Virus record (IMG/VR): IMGVR_UViG_3300036791_001015
Direction: 5' to 3' (one strand)
Length of the DNA: 64,000 bases
From: an uncultured virus (IMG/VR IMGVR_UViG_3300036791_001015)
Lineage: Duplodnaviria; Heunggongvirae; Uroviricota; Caudoviricetes
Shown: one piece after another, positions 49,059 through 58,564 of the stretch
Numbering within the stretch: position 1 is the first letter of the stretch
Layout: each line of letters starts with the position of its first letter
Program-made: the position numbers and the translations under genes
Notes under the pieces: generated by a model
What the model was told of the DNA's origin: nothing
Seen by the model: the letters and a program-made list of their open reading frames with translations, nothing else
Databases searched by the model: none

Positions 49059-49990
49059 GGCCAGATCACCCGTTTCATTGCCGCGTAGAATTGTGCCTTG
49101 GGATCAAAGCTCTGCGTCGGAAAGGTCAGGGCATCGACCATCGACGCCAGATGCTTGGCCTTATTGGGGCCGCTCTCGCGCAACAGCGCGCCGATCAGCC
49201 GCCGCGTCAGCGGGATCAGCACCCCCTCGTAGCTGTCGATATTTTCGTCCAGGCGGACAAAGAGCGGACGCAGCACTTCCCACGTATTGCGGCCCTGGAT
49301 CAGCAGCCCCGCGATCTCGCCGATCAGATCGCTATCGGTATCGAGGATCGCGATGATCCGCTTGGCTTCGTTGCGGTCGCGCGCATCGTGACAGCGCTCA
49401 AGCAGTGTAATCGCCTTGCGCGGCTGACCAGTGGCTTCCTCGACCAGCAGCGACAGAATATCGTTGCTCGGCGTCCAGCCCTCCGCCTCGCAGATAATCG
49501 TCAGCAGTTCCTCGATGTATTTGCGCTCGACCGGCTTGAGGCTGATTGGGAAGCACCGGGTCTTCCATGTCTCCGGTATCCGGTGCGCCTCGGTGGTGCA
49601 GAGCGCAAAGAAGAGATGCGGCGGCGGTTCCTCCAATATCTTGAGCAGCGCCTGTTTGGCGGGGGCCGACAGCCCGTGGCACTCATCGATGATATAGAGC
49701 TTAAATTTCGCGCCGCTCAGCGGCAGATGCTGCCCGTTGTCGATAAGCTCGCGGATCATGTCGATCGAGCCGGAAGCGCCTGCGTCGATCTCCTCCACTT
49801 CCGCGCCGATATGGCGAGCAATGATCCGCGCCACGGTGGTCTTGCCGATACCGGATAGGCCAGTCAGCAGGAAGGCGTGTGGTGGGCTGTCGCTCTCCAG
49901 GCGGCGCTGGAGGCTGGCCATCGCTTCATCGTGCCCCAGCACCTCGGCAAAGCTCTGGGGACGGTATTTGGTGATGAGCGGCTCATCCAT
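49055..49990 (-). CDS. Clamp loader (DnaX/RFC-like AAA+ ATPase)
   Basis: KYRPQSFAEVLG, GIGKTT, IIDECH, LLKILEEPP and TRC motifs. Confidence 0.9.
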   Translation of the reverse strand: MDEPLITKYRPQSFAEVLGHDEAMASLQRRLESDSPPHAFLLTGLSGIGKTTVARIIARHIGAEVEEIDAGASGSIDMIRELIDNGQHLPLSGAKFKLYIIDECHGLSAPAKQALLKILEEPPPHLFFALCTTEAHRIPETWKTRCFPISLKPVERKYIEELLTIICEAEGWTPSNDILSLLVEEATGQPRKAITLLERCHDARDRNEAKRIIAILDTDSDLIGEIAGLLIQGRNTWEVLRPLFVRLDENIDSYEGVLIPLTRRLIGALLRESGPNKAKHLASMVDALTFPTQSFDPKAQFYAAMKRVIWP

Positions 49991-50390
49991 CGATAACGGC
50001 CTCCACCGCTGCCTCCGCCCCAGCGGCACCGTGCCTGGTGCGGCGCGCTTCCTTCTCCGCCGCGATATCCTCCGGTGCCGCCGAATAGACCTTCTGCTTT
50101 TTCAGCTTGCCGTAGCGGCTGATGCGCCGTTCCTTGCCAAGACAGACGATAAGGCCCTTCTCAACTAGCTTTACCGGGCGCGGGCTGACCGTATCGATAG
50201 TCAGATGCGGCAACCGGTGCCAGATTTCGACCACGCACATCGACGGCCCGTATGGCGGGCCGTAGCGCTTCAGCGCAGCAAGAAACTCGTTCTCCAGCCT
50301 GCTGGCATCGATCCCCTCGGCAGCGTCGCGCGATGTGCTGGGATCGGTTCGCCGATAACCACCGGGATCATATGGATTACCAGTCCTCAT
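49983..50390 (-). CDS. Hypothetical winged-helix-like protein
   Basis: RRTDPSTSRDAA...VSPR..LVEKGLI pattern. Confidence 0.55.
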   Translation of the reverse strand: MRTGNPYDPGGYRRTDPSTSRDAAEGIDASRLENEFLAALKRYGPPYGPSMCVVEIWHRLPHLTIDTVSPRPVKLVEKGLIVCLGKERRISRYGKLKKQKVYSAAPEDIAAEKEARRTRHGAAGAEAAVEAVIDG

Positions 50391-53332
50391 CGCCCTGTCT
50401 CCCGAAAAGGGGTTGCACGCTCACGCCATTCGGCGGGTCCATTGTCGCGGTTCTTGGGGCCGGGCACAGTGGCTCGATAGAGTTCAGGCAAGGTTTTGAT
50501 GCTCTCGGCAAAGGCGATCGCCTCGCGGATCGAGCGGTGATCCTCCTTGCGGGGATAGCGGTCGCTGGTGCCAAAAAGCGAACCGCCCGGTTGATAGTAG
50601 GCCGGATCGGAGAGGCTGTAGGTCGAGGACGTGTAGGACCGGTTGCCGGTGGTGCTGCCGCTCTGGACGATCATGCAGCGCACGTGCCTTGACTGGTGGA
50701 GCCAAAGCGGCTTGCCGTGGCGATCAGTGCGCTCCTCAAACCGCCAGACCAATTCGGCGGGATTGCGCTCGCGTTCCGGCGGCGGGCGGAACGGCACCAC
50801 ATTGCCCCGCACATAGTCGCCCTCGAAGGTGCCGATATCTTCCATATCACACCAATTATACCCCACCGACGCCTCGACAATTAGCGGCACGATTTGCCAC
50901 CGATAGCGGACTTTTGTCATAATCCGTTCTATTTCAGCCCTGTATTCCTCAACGCGCGTTTCGTTATCTGGCAAAATAAATGTCAGATCATCATGCACGT
51001 TGATACGGGGCATAAAATACGGATCGTTGTGTTCGATCGACAGCTTCTGCAATTCGTTCTGGCAATCGAGCACGATAACGGCCTCGCCGTTCTGGATCGG
51101 CTGGATGATCGGCTCGTTGCCGGTCATCACGCCAAACCGCAATTGGCCGTTTAGTGTTTTGACGCCGCCGGTATCGCGATATTCGGCGCGCCGCTCGTTG
51201 AGCCATTTCTTGGCGACGTGGAACCGCGTCCAGAAATCATTGAGAAGCTCGCTGATCACAGCCAAGGGGATGGATGTTCTCTCGGCACAATTGTCCGCCG
51301 TGGTCCCGAAAAAGCTCGCGAAGACAAAATCCGTCTTGATGAGATCGCGGCCCTTCTTGCGCAACACGGCTTCGGACGCGGTGTCGAGATTGAGCTTGTG
51401 ACGCAGTCGGTCGAGATATTCAGGATAGATATCGATCAGCTTCCCCAGCCAGTGCGAGTGAATATCCTCTTTATCGATAAAGCTTTGGCACAGCACTGGA
51501 TCGCGGCTGGCCATGCCATAGATACGCCCCTGGATTTGCCCCTCATCGCAAGAGAGGAGGATATGGCCGGGCGGGGCGACCACCTGTCGGCGGAATTCGC
51601 GGTGCCGACGCTTGGGCCAGTTCTGGATGTTGGTGTCGTTGGCCGATGTACGGAAGGTCGCCACGTGCATCGTCGTGTAACTGGGATGCAGCAGCCCATC
51701 GATGTGCATCTCGTCCAGCTTGAGCACGGGTTCTATGTAATTGCTGACATGCTTGATCGCCTCGCGGTAACCCAGCGTGCATTCGGCCAGTGGGTTGCCC
51801 CGATCCGCCAGCGGGCGGATAAGTTCGTCTCCGGTACTATAAGATTTCTTATTGCGCGGTAACTCCACCCGGCCATAGTCCGCCAAGGCGATCCCGACAT
51901 GGTCGGGATTACCGATATTGAATTCCTGTTGCCGCTCGCGCTCAAAGGTGCGGACTTCGTAGATCGTCCTGGCCTCTTGGCGCTTTTCGGCGGCGATAGT
52001 GCCCCATGTGTCCTTGAGCGCCGCCGCCACCTCACGGTCGGCATGCAGCCCAAGCAGTTCCATATGCGCAGTGCTCTCGATCGCCCCGATCAGCCGCGTG
52101 TATTCATCCTGTAAGATGGCCCGGTGATTGTGCAGCCGCGCATCGATCCGCACCGACGCCCACGCATCCAGACCGTTGTAGGGCAGAATTTCATCGAGCG
52201 TATAGCTCTCGACGTATTTCGCGTTGACGTTGGTCAATTTCTTGACGTTGGTGCCGAGAATGATCCGCGACATGGTGCCGAGATCAAGCAGTGTATTGCG
52301 GCTATGGTAAAGCCGCCCCAGCGCCATGCTGTCGTCAAAGCTGTGCGGCCTCCAGTCATCATAACCAAGTTCGCGGGCGGTCCACAGCAGCCAGACAAGC
52401 TCGAAATTCGCATTGTGCGCCACCCATTGCCGATCGGCGGCGGCATGCAGCAGCAGTGCCGCACCCCAATCATTGGGCGCGTCGGGATGGCTCACCGGGA
52501 AGGCAAAAGTCAGTTTGCCGTCGCTCAGCGCCCCGCTCAGCAGCCGCGAATTGCGCATATACGGCTTCAGCTTCTGGGTCTCGATATCGATCCCCACCGG
52601 GCCTTCCAGGCGATGATAAAGATTGGTCGCGTCTTCCTCGTTGTAGACGCAAATCACATCGGCGGGCTTTGGCTTCTCGATAACCGGCGGCTTCCACTTG
52701 TCCACGCTGGCAAAGAAATTCTTCATCGCCGCCGCAAACACCGGATATTCACGTGCCCGGTCGCCGCCGTTGTGCAAGAGGAAGGCCGGGTGAAAATTCG
52801 GAAAAAGCCAGAGGTTTTTAGCCCCAACCTCCACTGGAACGCGGACGCCCACCATGTGCGTGATCGACGCTTCGTTAAAGAACCGCATCAGCGCCGTGCC
52901 GCCGAGACCCAGGATCGCCTTAAACGAGCCAGCGGCGATATCGTCCTCCAGATAGGTCGAGCAGCAGTGCATTTCGTGCCCGGTCGGTGTGCGGTTACCC
53001 GGCGGGCGACAGCGTGTCGCATTGCTGTAGGCCATGCGATCCATCAGCCGGTGCGGGATGTGCTGGCGCAGCATCTTCCCGCTCGGGCCGACAAACGGCT
53101 CTCCCCGCTCATCCTCGACTTCTCCAGGGGCCTCGCCCAGCGCCAGCAGGTCAGCCTCAGGCAAACCGCTCATGGCCATCTGCGGGCTTCCCAGACGCGG
53201 CCACGTCAGTTGCAGCGGGCAGGCGTCGCAGCCGCGTTCGCCGCTCATGACGGCCTCCTCCTGCTTCTTGGGCGCGACCGGTGCCCGTCGTGGCTCGATC
53301 AGGACTGCATCATCGGCAAAGACAAAGCCCAT
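50387..53332 (-). CDS. Family A DNA polymerase with N-terminal family-4 UDG-like domain and 3'-5' exonuclease
   Basis: CDACPL, GEAPG, PFVGPSG and HPA (UDG); DIET, HNANFE and YNGLD (exo); NIQN and VHDDL (pol). Confidence 0.9.
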   Translation of the reverse strand: MGFVFADDAVLIEPRRAPVAPKKQEEAVMSGERGCDACPLQLTWPRLGSPQMAMSGLPEADLLALGEAPGEVEDERGEPFVGPSGKMLRQHIPHRLMDRMAYSNATRCRPPGNRTPTGHEMHCCSTYLEDDIAAGSFKAILGLGGTALMRFFNEASITHMVGVRVPVEVGAKNLWLFPNFHPAFLLHNGGDRAREYPVFAAAMKNFFASVDKWKPPVIEKPKPADVICVYNEEDATNLYHRLEGPVGIDIETQKLKPYMRNSRLLSGALSDGKLTFAFPVSHPDAPNDWGAALLLHAAADRQWVAHNANFELVWLLWTARELGYDDWRPHSFDDSMALGRLYHSRNTLLDLGTMSRIILGTNVKKLTNVNAKYVESYTLDEILPYNGLDAWASVRIDARLHNHRAILQDEYTRLIGAIESTAHMELLGLHADREVAAALKDTWGTIAAEKRQEARTIYEVRTFERERQQEFNIGNPDHVGIALADYGRVELPRNKKSYSTGDELIRPLADRGNPLAECTLGYREAIKHVSNYIEPVLKLDEMHIDGLLHPSYTTMHVATFRTSANDTNIQNWPKRRHREFRRQVVAPPGHILLSCDEGQIQGRIYGMASRDPVLCQSFIDKEDIHSHWLGKLIDIYPEYLDRLRHKLNLDTASEAVLRKKGRDLIKTDFVFASFFGTTADNCAERTSIPLAVISELLNDFWTRFHVAKKWLNERRAEYRDTGGVKTLNGQLRFGVMTGNEPIIQPIQNGEAVIVLDCQNELQKLSIEHNDPYFMPRINVHDDLTFILPDNETRVEEYRAEIERIMTKVRYRWQIVPLIVEASVGYNWCDMEDIGTFEGDYVRGNVVPFRPPPERERNPAELVWRFEERTDRHGKPLWLHQSRHVRCMIVQSGSTTGNRSYTSSTYSLSDPAYYQPGGSLFGTSDRYPRKEDHRSIREAIAFAESIKTLPELYRATVPGPKNRDNGPAEWRERATPFRETGR

Positions 53333-53346
53333 GTTATCCCCCGTAC

Positions 53347-54426
53347 CTAAACCGCCTTACCTTGTATCCCGAATAGAAACTCATTCGGCCCGCGAAACAC
53401 GATCGCGTGGCGATCGACATAGTCAAAGACCACCCGATCGGCGGCTCCCAGCGCACGGAAGATGCGGCGCGGCTCCAACTGGACCGGCGGAACGTCAAAC
53501 GGCTCTTCGCTCTGCACAAGGTAGTATTCAGCGGAAAAGCTGAGCGCGTCCTCGTAATAGAGCCGTGTTGCGCCCTCTTCCACCGACATCGACATCCTGG
53601 CCTTGGTCTTATCCTCAGCCAGCGCGTCCACACGGCGGACAAACGACGCGAGGCTCTCACGGTCGATCGGCAAGGAGCGCTGCTGGCCGCGCAGGTCATT
53701 GGCAATCTGACGCAGATCACTCTTTAAGTCCGCTTTGCGGCGGATCACCACCTTGGTCGTCGGCGTCTGGCAGTAGATCGTGTCCTCGGTGATCGAGATC
53801 GCGGTCTCGCCCTTGCTTACTTCGGCGAGCAGCCCCAAGGCATCCGGAGCCAGCGTGATGCGATCGGCAAAAGCGTCGCTGCGGTCGGCGAGGCGGCAAG
53901 AGGCAATGGCGCTGTTGTCGGAGGCGTAGGCGAAGAGACCTTCGGGTTCGTTTTCGATGACGACGCCGTAGAGGCCCACCGAGATATAAGCCTGCGAGCC
54001 GCAGCCCAGCGCGGCCAGTTGCAGGCCCTTACCAAAGGTCTCTGGGACCGGGATCATCTCGCCGCGCCCATCCCACGGCAGTGCGGGGATCGCGATGTCG
54101 CCGCTGAGCAGCGCAAAATAACCGGTCATCTCGTAGCGCTTGGCTTCGCTGGGATCGGCGCAATACCACGACAGCCTGTTGTCCTCGATCTGCAACCGGA
54201 AATCACCCGCAGGGGCGGTGCTCAATACTTGCAGGAAGCGGGCGGTATCGACATAGGCCTCGGTATCGATGCCCAGCGCCGCCTCCACCTCCATCACCCC
54301 AAACGGCGAATGACCACGCACCGATGTCGGCGTGATGTGAAGCGCCTTGTAGGACGGCGACAGCAGCTTTTCGCGCGCCAGTAGCGTAAAGGGCCGCAGT
54401 TGCTGATAAAGATCGCTGGCTTGCAT
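53347..54426 (-). CDS. Beta-clamp-like sliding clamp
   Basis: About 360 aa; GVVIE...AYASDNSAIA resembles the DnaN ATD motif; next to polymerase and clamp loader. Confidence 0.6.
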   Translation of the reverse strand: MQASDLYQQLRPFTLLAREKLLSPSYKALHITPTSVRGHSPFGVMEVEAALGIDTEAYVDTARFLQVLSTAPAGDFRLQIEDNRLSWYCADPSEAKRYEMTGYFALLSGDIAIPALPWDGRGEMIPVPETFGKGLQLAALGCGSQAYISVGLYGVVIENEPEGLFAYASDNSAIASCRLADRSDAFADRITLAPDALGLLAEVSKGETAISITEDTIYCQTPTTKVVIRRKADLKSDLRQIANDLRGQQRSLPIDRESLASFVRRVDALAEDKTKARMSMSVEEGATRLYYEDALSFSAEYYLVQSEEPFDVPPVQLEPRRIFRALGAADRVVFDYVDRHAIVFRGPNEFLFGIQGKAV

Positions 54427-54704
54427 CACCGCTCCTTTCCACTCGATATATTTCTTCTGATAATGCAACGGTGCAGTTTTCGTATCCGCCGCCAAAACCG
54501 GGCCTTGGTGCCCTTGGCTGGTGATCCATGCAAACGGCGCGCTTTGCGCGAAAACGCGTCCCATTCGTCGCCATTTATCAGACGCTCGCGCGTTCCCATT
54601 GTCATAGAGTTATCTCGATAAAAAGGGCATTGCGCTTCGTGATGATGGCCAAAGCCAGTGAAGCACTGGGTGCAGGCTCCACTGACGCTGGCTGGGTCTT
54701 CCAC
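54426..54704 (-). CDS. Hypothetical basic protein
   Basis: Short coupled ORF. Confidence 0.45.
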   Translation of the reverse strand: MEDPASVSGACTQCFTGFGHHHEAQCPFYRDNSMTMGTRERLINGDEWDAFSRKARRLHGSPAKGTKARFWRRIRKLHRCIIRRNISSGKER

Positions 54705-54717
54705 CAGTCTATACCCC

Positions 54718-56493
54718 CTAATCGGCAGCGCAGGCCCGCTCGCCGGTCTCGGGATCGTAAAAACAGGCCGCGCCGGTCTCTTCCTCCTTCGGCTTCAGGA
54801 TGCCCATGCGCTTGCCGTTGGTGTTGAACAGCGAGCACGACTTGGCCCCGCCATTCCAGGCGCGGAGATAGAGCTTTTTGAAATCGTCGTAGGATACGCC
54901 GTCGCCCTTCCCGGCGATCTGGCCGTTGACGTTGCAGGTCTTCGAGATCGAGCTATCAACCAGCCGCTGCGCCCGGCACAGCACGTCGATGTGCTCTTCA
55001 CCGCTGATCTCGCTGGCGGTGCGGCCCTTCACACCGTAATGGGCATAGGCGTAGTCGGTGACATCGAGCACGCGCGGCCCCTGCGGCGTCAGCACGGTGC
55101 GCTGGCCCTCATGCATGAATACCGGCTCGATACCGCTCGACACGTAATCCGCTGCCTGCGAAATCGTGCCCGTAGGGGCGATCGACGTGAGCAGCCCGTT
55201 GCGCAATCCGTGCTTCCTGATCTCGTACTGCAAATCCTCGGGCAGTCGGGTCTTGAAGAATTCACCTTGGCAATAGGCCTCGGCATCCCACAGCGGGAAG
55301 GGACCGCGCTCCTTGGCAAGCTCCATGCTAGTGCGGTAGGCGCGAACAAGAATGTGCTCAAGGATGGCATCCTGCACGTCGAGATAACCCGGCGTGGCGT
55401 AGGGCAGGCCGCACACCTCCAGCGCGTTAGCCATCCCGGTCACACCAACACCCATCCGGCGCTTGGCCTTGGCCTCTAGCTCCTGCGGTGGCAAGGGATA
55501 GACCGTCCGGTCGATGACCGCATCGAACGCCCTGACAGCGACATCGACCGCATCATCCAACCGCTCCAAGTCAAGCTCGTAACGGACGATCTGCTTACCC
55601 GACTGAGCGGCCAGTTGAATGCCGTTCACTTCGTGGATCGGCTGGAGCAGCTTGACCAGATTGATCGAGCCTAAGAGGCAGGCCCCCCACGGTGGCAATG
55701 GTTGCTCGGCGCAGGGATTAGTCGCGGCGAGCGTTTCGCAGTAGGAGAGCGGATTAAGCCGATTTATTCTATCGAGGAACACCACCCCTGGCTCTGCGTA
55801 ATCCCAGCAATTCTGACAAACCAAAGCCCAGATATCGACGGCTCTCGCGTTCCCAAAAGATGTGTCACCAAAGCGCAGCGTGTAACGCCCGTCACATTCG
55901 AGTGCTTCCATAAATTCGTCGGTAACAGCAACGGAGATATTAAAGTTAGTGAGACTTGTCTGATCTTTTTTCGCATTTATGAAAGCGCTGATATTTGGGT
56001 GGTCCACCCGCAACATCCCCATCATCGCGCCGCGCCGTTCACCGGCTGACATCATGGTCGAGCACATTTGATGCCAGCACGCCATAAAGCTGATCGGCCC
56101 ACTGGCGCTGGCTCCGTGCCCCAGACCACGCACCCGCTCACCCGCTGGGCGCAGCGTGCTGAAATCCATCCCGATCCCGCCACCCGCCCGCAGCGTCAGC
56201 GCGGCGTCGCGCAGCGCCTCAAAGATGCCAGCCGTCGTATCGGGGATCGCGCCCATCACAAAGCAGTTAAAAGCGGTGGTCTCAAACGGTCGCCCGACCG
56301 CACGCTGCTGCCTGCCAGCAGGCAGGATGATCTGGTCGCGTGTATAGGGAAGCTGTCGGCGAAATTCTTGCGGTGTATCGGTGGTCGTCCGCGCGTAGCG
56401 AATACAATAATCATCATAGGTCTCGCCAGGATCGCGGTATTTCATCCCGTGCAATAACTGTCCGTGCTCAGTGCGCGGCCCGTATATTTCCAT
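54718..56493 (-). CDS. nrdJ: Class II (B12-dependent) ribonucleotide reductase
   Basis: TAFNC, RRGAMMG, TNPCAEQPL, CLLGS and IAPTGTIS motifs; no beta subunit gene nearby. Confidence 0.88.
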   Translation of the reverse strand: MEIYGPRTEHGQLLHGMKYRDPGETYDDYCIRYARTTTDTPQEFRRQLPYTRDQIILPAGRQQRAVGRPFETTAFNCFVMGAIPDTTAGIFEALRDAALTLRAGGGIGMDFSTLRPAGERVRGLGHGASASGPISFMACWHQMCSTMMSAGERRGAMMGMLRVDHPNISAFINAKKDQTSLTNFNISVAVTDEFMEALECDGRYTLRFGDTSFGNARAVDIWALVCQNCWDYAEPGVVFLDRINRLNPLSYCETLAATNPCAEQPLPPWGACLLGSINLVKLLQPIHEVNGIQLAAQSGKQIVRYELDLERLDDAVDVAVRAFDAVIDRTVYPLPPQELEAKAKRRMGVGVTGMANALEVCGLPYATPGYLDVQDAILEHILVRAYRTSMELAKERGPFPLWDAEAYCQGEFFKTRLPEDLQYEIRKHGLRNGLLTSIAPTGTISQAADYVSSGIEPVFMHEGQRTVLTPQGPRVLDVTDYAYAHYGVKGRTASEISGEEHIDVLCRAQRLVDSSISKTCNVNGQIAGKGDGVSYDDFKKLYLRAWNGGAKSCSLFNTNGKRMGILKPKEEETGAACFYDPETGERACAAD

Positions 56494-56510
56494 GTGTCCC
56501 TCCTGATAGT

Positions 56511-57032
56511 CTATACCCCCGTTTCAGCGGGGAGACGTTCGATTTCTTCGATCGCGAACTCGATTTCCACCTCGCGGTTGAGGATTTGAAAAAGCAGCCC
56601 GGCGCGTTCATCGTTCGACCACTTGACGATCGCCTCATGATTTTGCAGGACGCCGCGCAGGATGCGCACGCGCGTGTTCACGGTAAATTCCGGCCCCAGC
56701 ACCGAATTACTGGAGCGTAGATATCTATTTAGCCCAGAAACGAAGGTCTCAGGGACGCGCTGCGGTACGCGGAAATCACTATCGCGAGAAAGGCGGGTCA
56801 AAAGACGGGAGACGCCATAGGTATTATTGACGCTCGACCAAGCCTCGTCTTCGTAGAGACGAACAAATACATAGCTCGGAAAGATTGAGCGTACTATTGT
56901 TTGACGAAGCTTAGTGGTGGCGAGGTAAAACGGATAAAACGCCTCAAATCCTTGGCGTCGCAGGTTGCGCAGAGCACGCTGCTCCTGCGCTGGCTGCGTC
57001 TGCGCGCACGCCCAGAATGACCCTTCGGCCAC
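56511..57032 (-). CDS. NusG/RfaH-family transcription antiterminator
   Basis: W...TQPAQE, IFPSYVFV and NTYGV motifs; KOW-like VRILRG. Confidence 0.85.
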   Translation of the reverse strand: MAEGSFWACAQTQPAQEQRALRNLRRQGFEAFYPFYLATTKLRQTIVRSIFPSYVFVRLYEDEAWSSVNNTYGVSRLLTRLSRDSDFRVPQRVPETFVSGLNRYLRSSNSVLGPEFTVNTRVRILRGVLQNHEAIVKWSNDERAGLLFQILNREVEIEFAIEEIERLPAETGV

Positions 57033-57081
57033 GCCGCCCCCTTGGACCGGTGCGCTGTGGTGGGATGTTTAGCTCAGACGG

Positions 57082-57122
57082 GGGAGGCTACGGGCGGTGA
57101 CGGGGAGGCGCAATAGCCTCCC
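57082..57122 (-). promoter_or_regulatory. Promoter TTGCGC-N17-TAGCCT enclosed by a GGGAGGCTA/TAGCCTCCC inverted repeat
   Basis: Directly visible upstream of the NusG-like gene. Confidence 0.5.
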
Positions 57123-57139
57123 TCTAGACTTCACTTCAC

Positions 57140-57170
57140 AAAAAAAGGGGGGCCGATCTGGCCCCCCTTC
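57140..57170 (-). terminator. Rho-independent terminator
   Basis: GGGGGGCC-AGATC-GGCCCCCC followed by T7. Confidence 0.8.
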
Positions 57171-57183
57171 CTCGACTTGGCGA

Positions 57184-58470
57184 TTACAGCCCGATCTGGG
57201 CGCGGATCGCAGTAAACGAATTTTCCGCCGCCTTGCGGTCGCCCTTGAGGCGGAATTTGCGATCGCCCGCCATCATCGCCAACATGCCAAGCCAGATCGG
57301 TTGGGCGGCATGGCTGACATAGGTATGGGCATCCTCACCATCCGCCATCGGCGGTGCGTCCGCCTTGAGGACATGCCAGTCGACCTGGGCCATCTTGCGG
57401 GCCATGACATCGAGGCCGATGTTGTTCTCAATCGCGAATTTATAGGCCTGTGTCAGGACCGCGACGCCCACGCCGCGCAATAGGACACAGCCGCCGCGAT
57501 CCTCGTTGCGGTAGGTGGCGGGGGATGTGCCGTTGCTGATCGCCGCCAGGATCGGGATCGCCTGGAAGCACTCGTCAAGAAAGCCCGACAGGCGGTTGGG
57601 GCTGCGCTCCAAGGCATCTTCGGGGACCGGTGGCTCGTTGATATAGAGGCCCGTGATTGAGGCTTGCAGCGCCGACATCGACCACGCCTTTGACGAATTG
57701 GTCGAGAGATTGACCGAATTGGACGTGGCGTCGATCAGCTTGCCGAGATGGCTGTTGCTATCGACCAGCGCGATGCCAAAGCGCTTGCCCGCGTCGCGGC
57801 GATCCCAGGAGCCGACCGCCGATTTGGCGATGGCCTTGGCCTTACCGCAATCGGCAAAATCCTGATGATACGAATTGCGGTCATCCTCAAAGACAAAGAT
57901 CACCGAGATCGCGTTCTCGCCCAAGCGGCCCGGTGCCGCGCGGAACTTGATGTCGATTTCATCGGTGCGGTGACCGCCATCGGTGACTGGCAAGCCGCCG
58001 CTGGCAGGCGGCTGGAAGATCGCGGGCCACACCAGCGCCTCGCCCGGCCCCTGGAAGATGATCAGCTTGGCCTTGGGCATCTCCTCGGTCCAGTCGAGAC
58101 CGTAATTGACCAGAAACGAGGGGAAGATAAACGGCAGACCGACACAGGCGGTGTCGGCCAGATATTTGCCTATATCCTTGCCGTGCGCGGCCTCCTTGGG
58201 GCGGTTGGTGCGCTCGCGCAGTTCGTCCAGTGTCGAACCGGCGGGGGCTTGGTTGACACGCACCAGCTTGGTGTAATCGCGCATCGACATGCCGGTGGTG
58301 AAATGCAGGCGGTTGCCTTGGCGGTAGGCGATGCCAAACAGATGCGGCGCGGCGCTGTTGAGTTGCACACGCAAATCCATAAATTCGTCGGTGTTGTCGG
58401 TCACCTCCACCGTGAGGGCCGGCGGGATTGAGATGTTATCGAGAAGGCGGAGATTTTCGATTGCCAACAT
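57184..58470 (-). CDS. DGQHR/DndB-like ParB-superfamily protein
   Basis: TNRP..AHG..I..YL, FPSFLVN, VTDGGHR and QDFAD motifs. Confidence 0.7.
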   Translation of the reverse strand: MLAIENLRLLDNISIPPALTVEVTDNTDEFMDLRVQLNSAAPHLFGIAYRQGNRLHFTTGMSMRDYTKLVRVNQAPAGSTLDELRERTNRPKEAAHGKDIGKYLADTACVGLPFIFPSFLVNYGLDWTEEMPKAKLIIFQGPGEALVWPAIFQPPASGGLPVTDGGHRTDEIDIKFRAAPGRLGENAISVIFVFEDDRNSYHQDFADCGKAKAIAKSAVGSWDRRDAGKRFGIALVDSNSHLGKLIDATSNSVNLSTNSSKAWSMSALQASITGLYINEPPVPEDALERSPNRLSGFLDECFQAIPILAAISNGTSPATYRNEDRGGCVLLRGVGVAVLTQAYKFAIENNIGLDVMARKMAQVDWHVLKADAPPMADGEDAHTYVSHAAQPIWLGMLAMMAGDRKFRLKGDRKAAENSFTAIRAQIGL

Positions 58471-58564
58471 GACCGGTCTCCCTGTTCGGCACTGAGATTT
58501 CAGTGCCGCCGAGAACGTTTATTCCGCCTTTTGGCGGATGGCAATCAAAAATCAGTGCCGCCGC

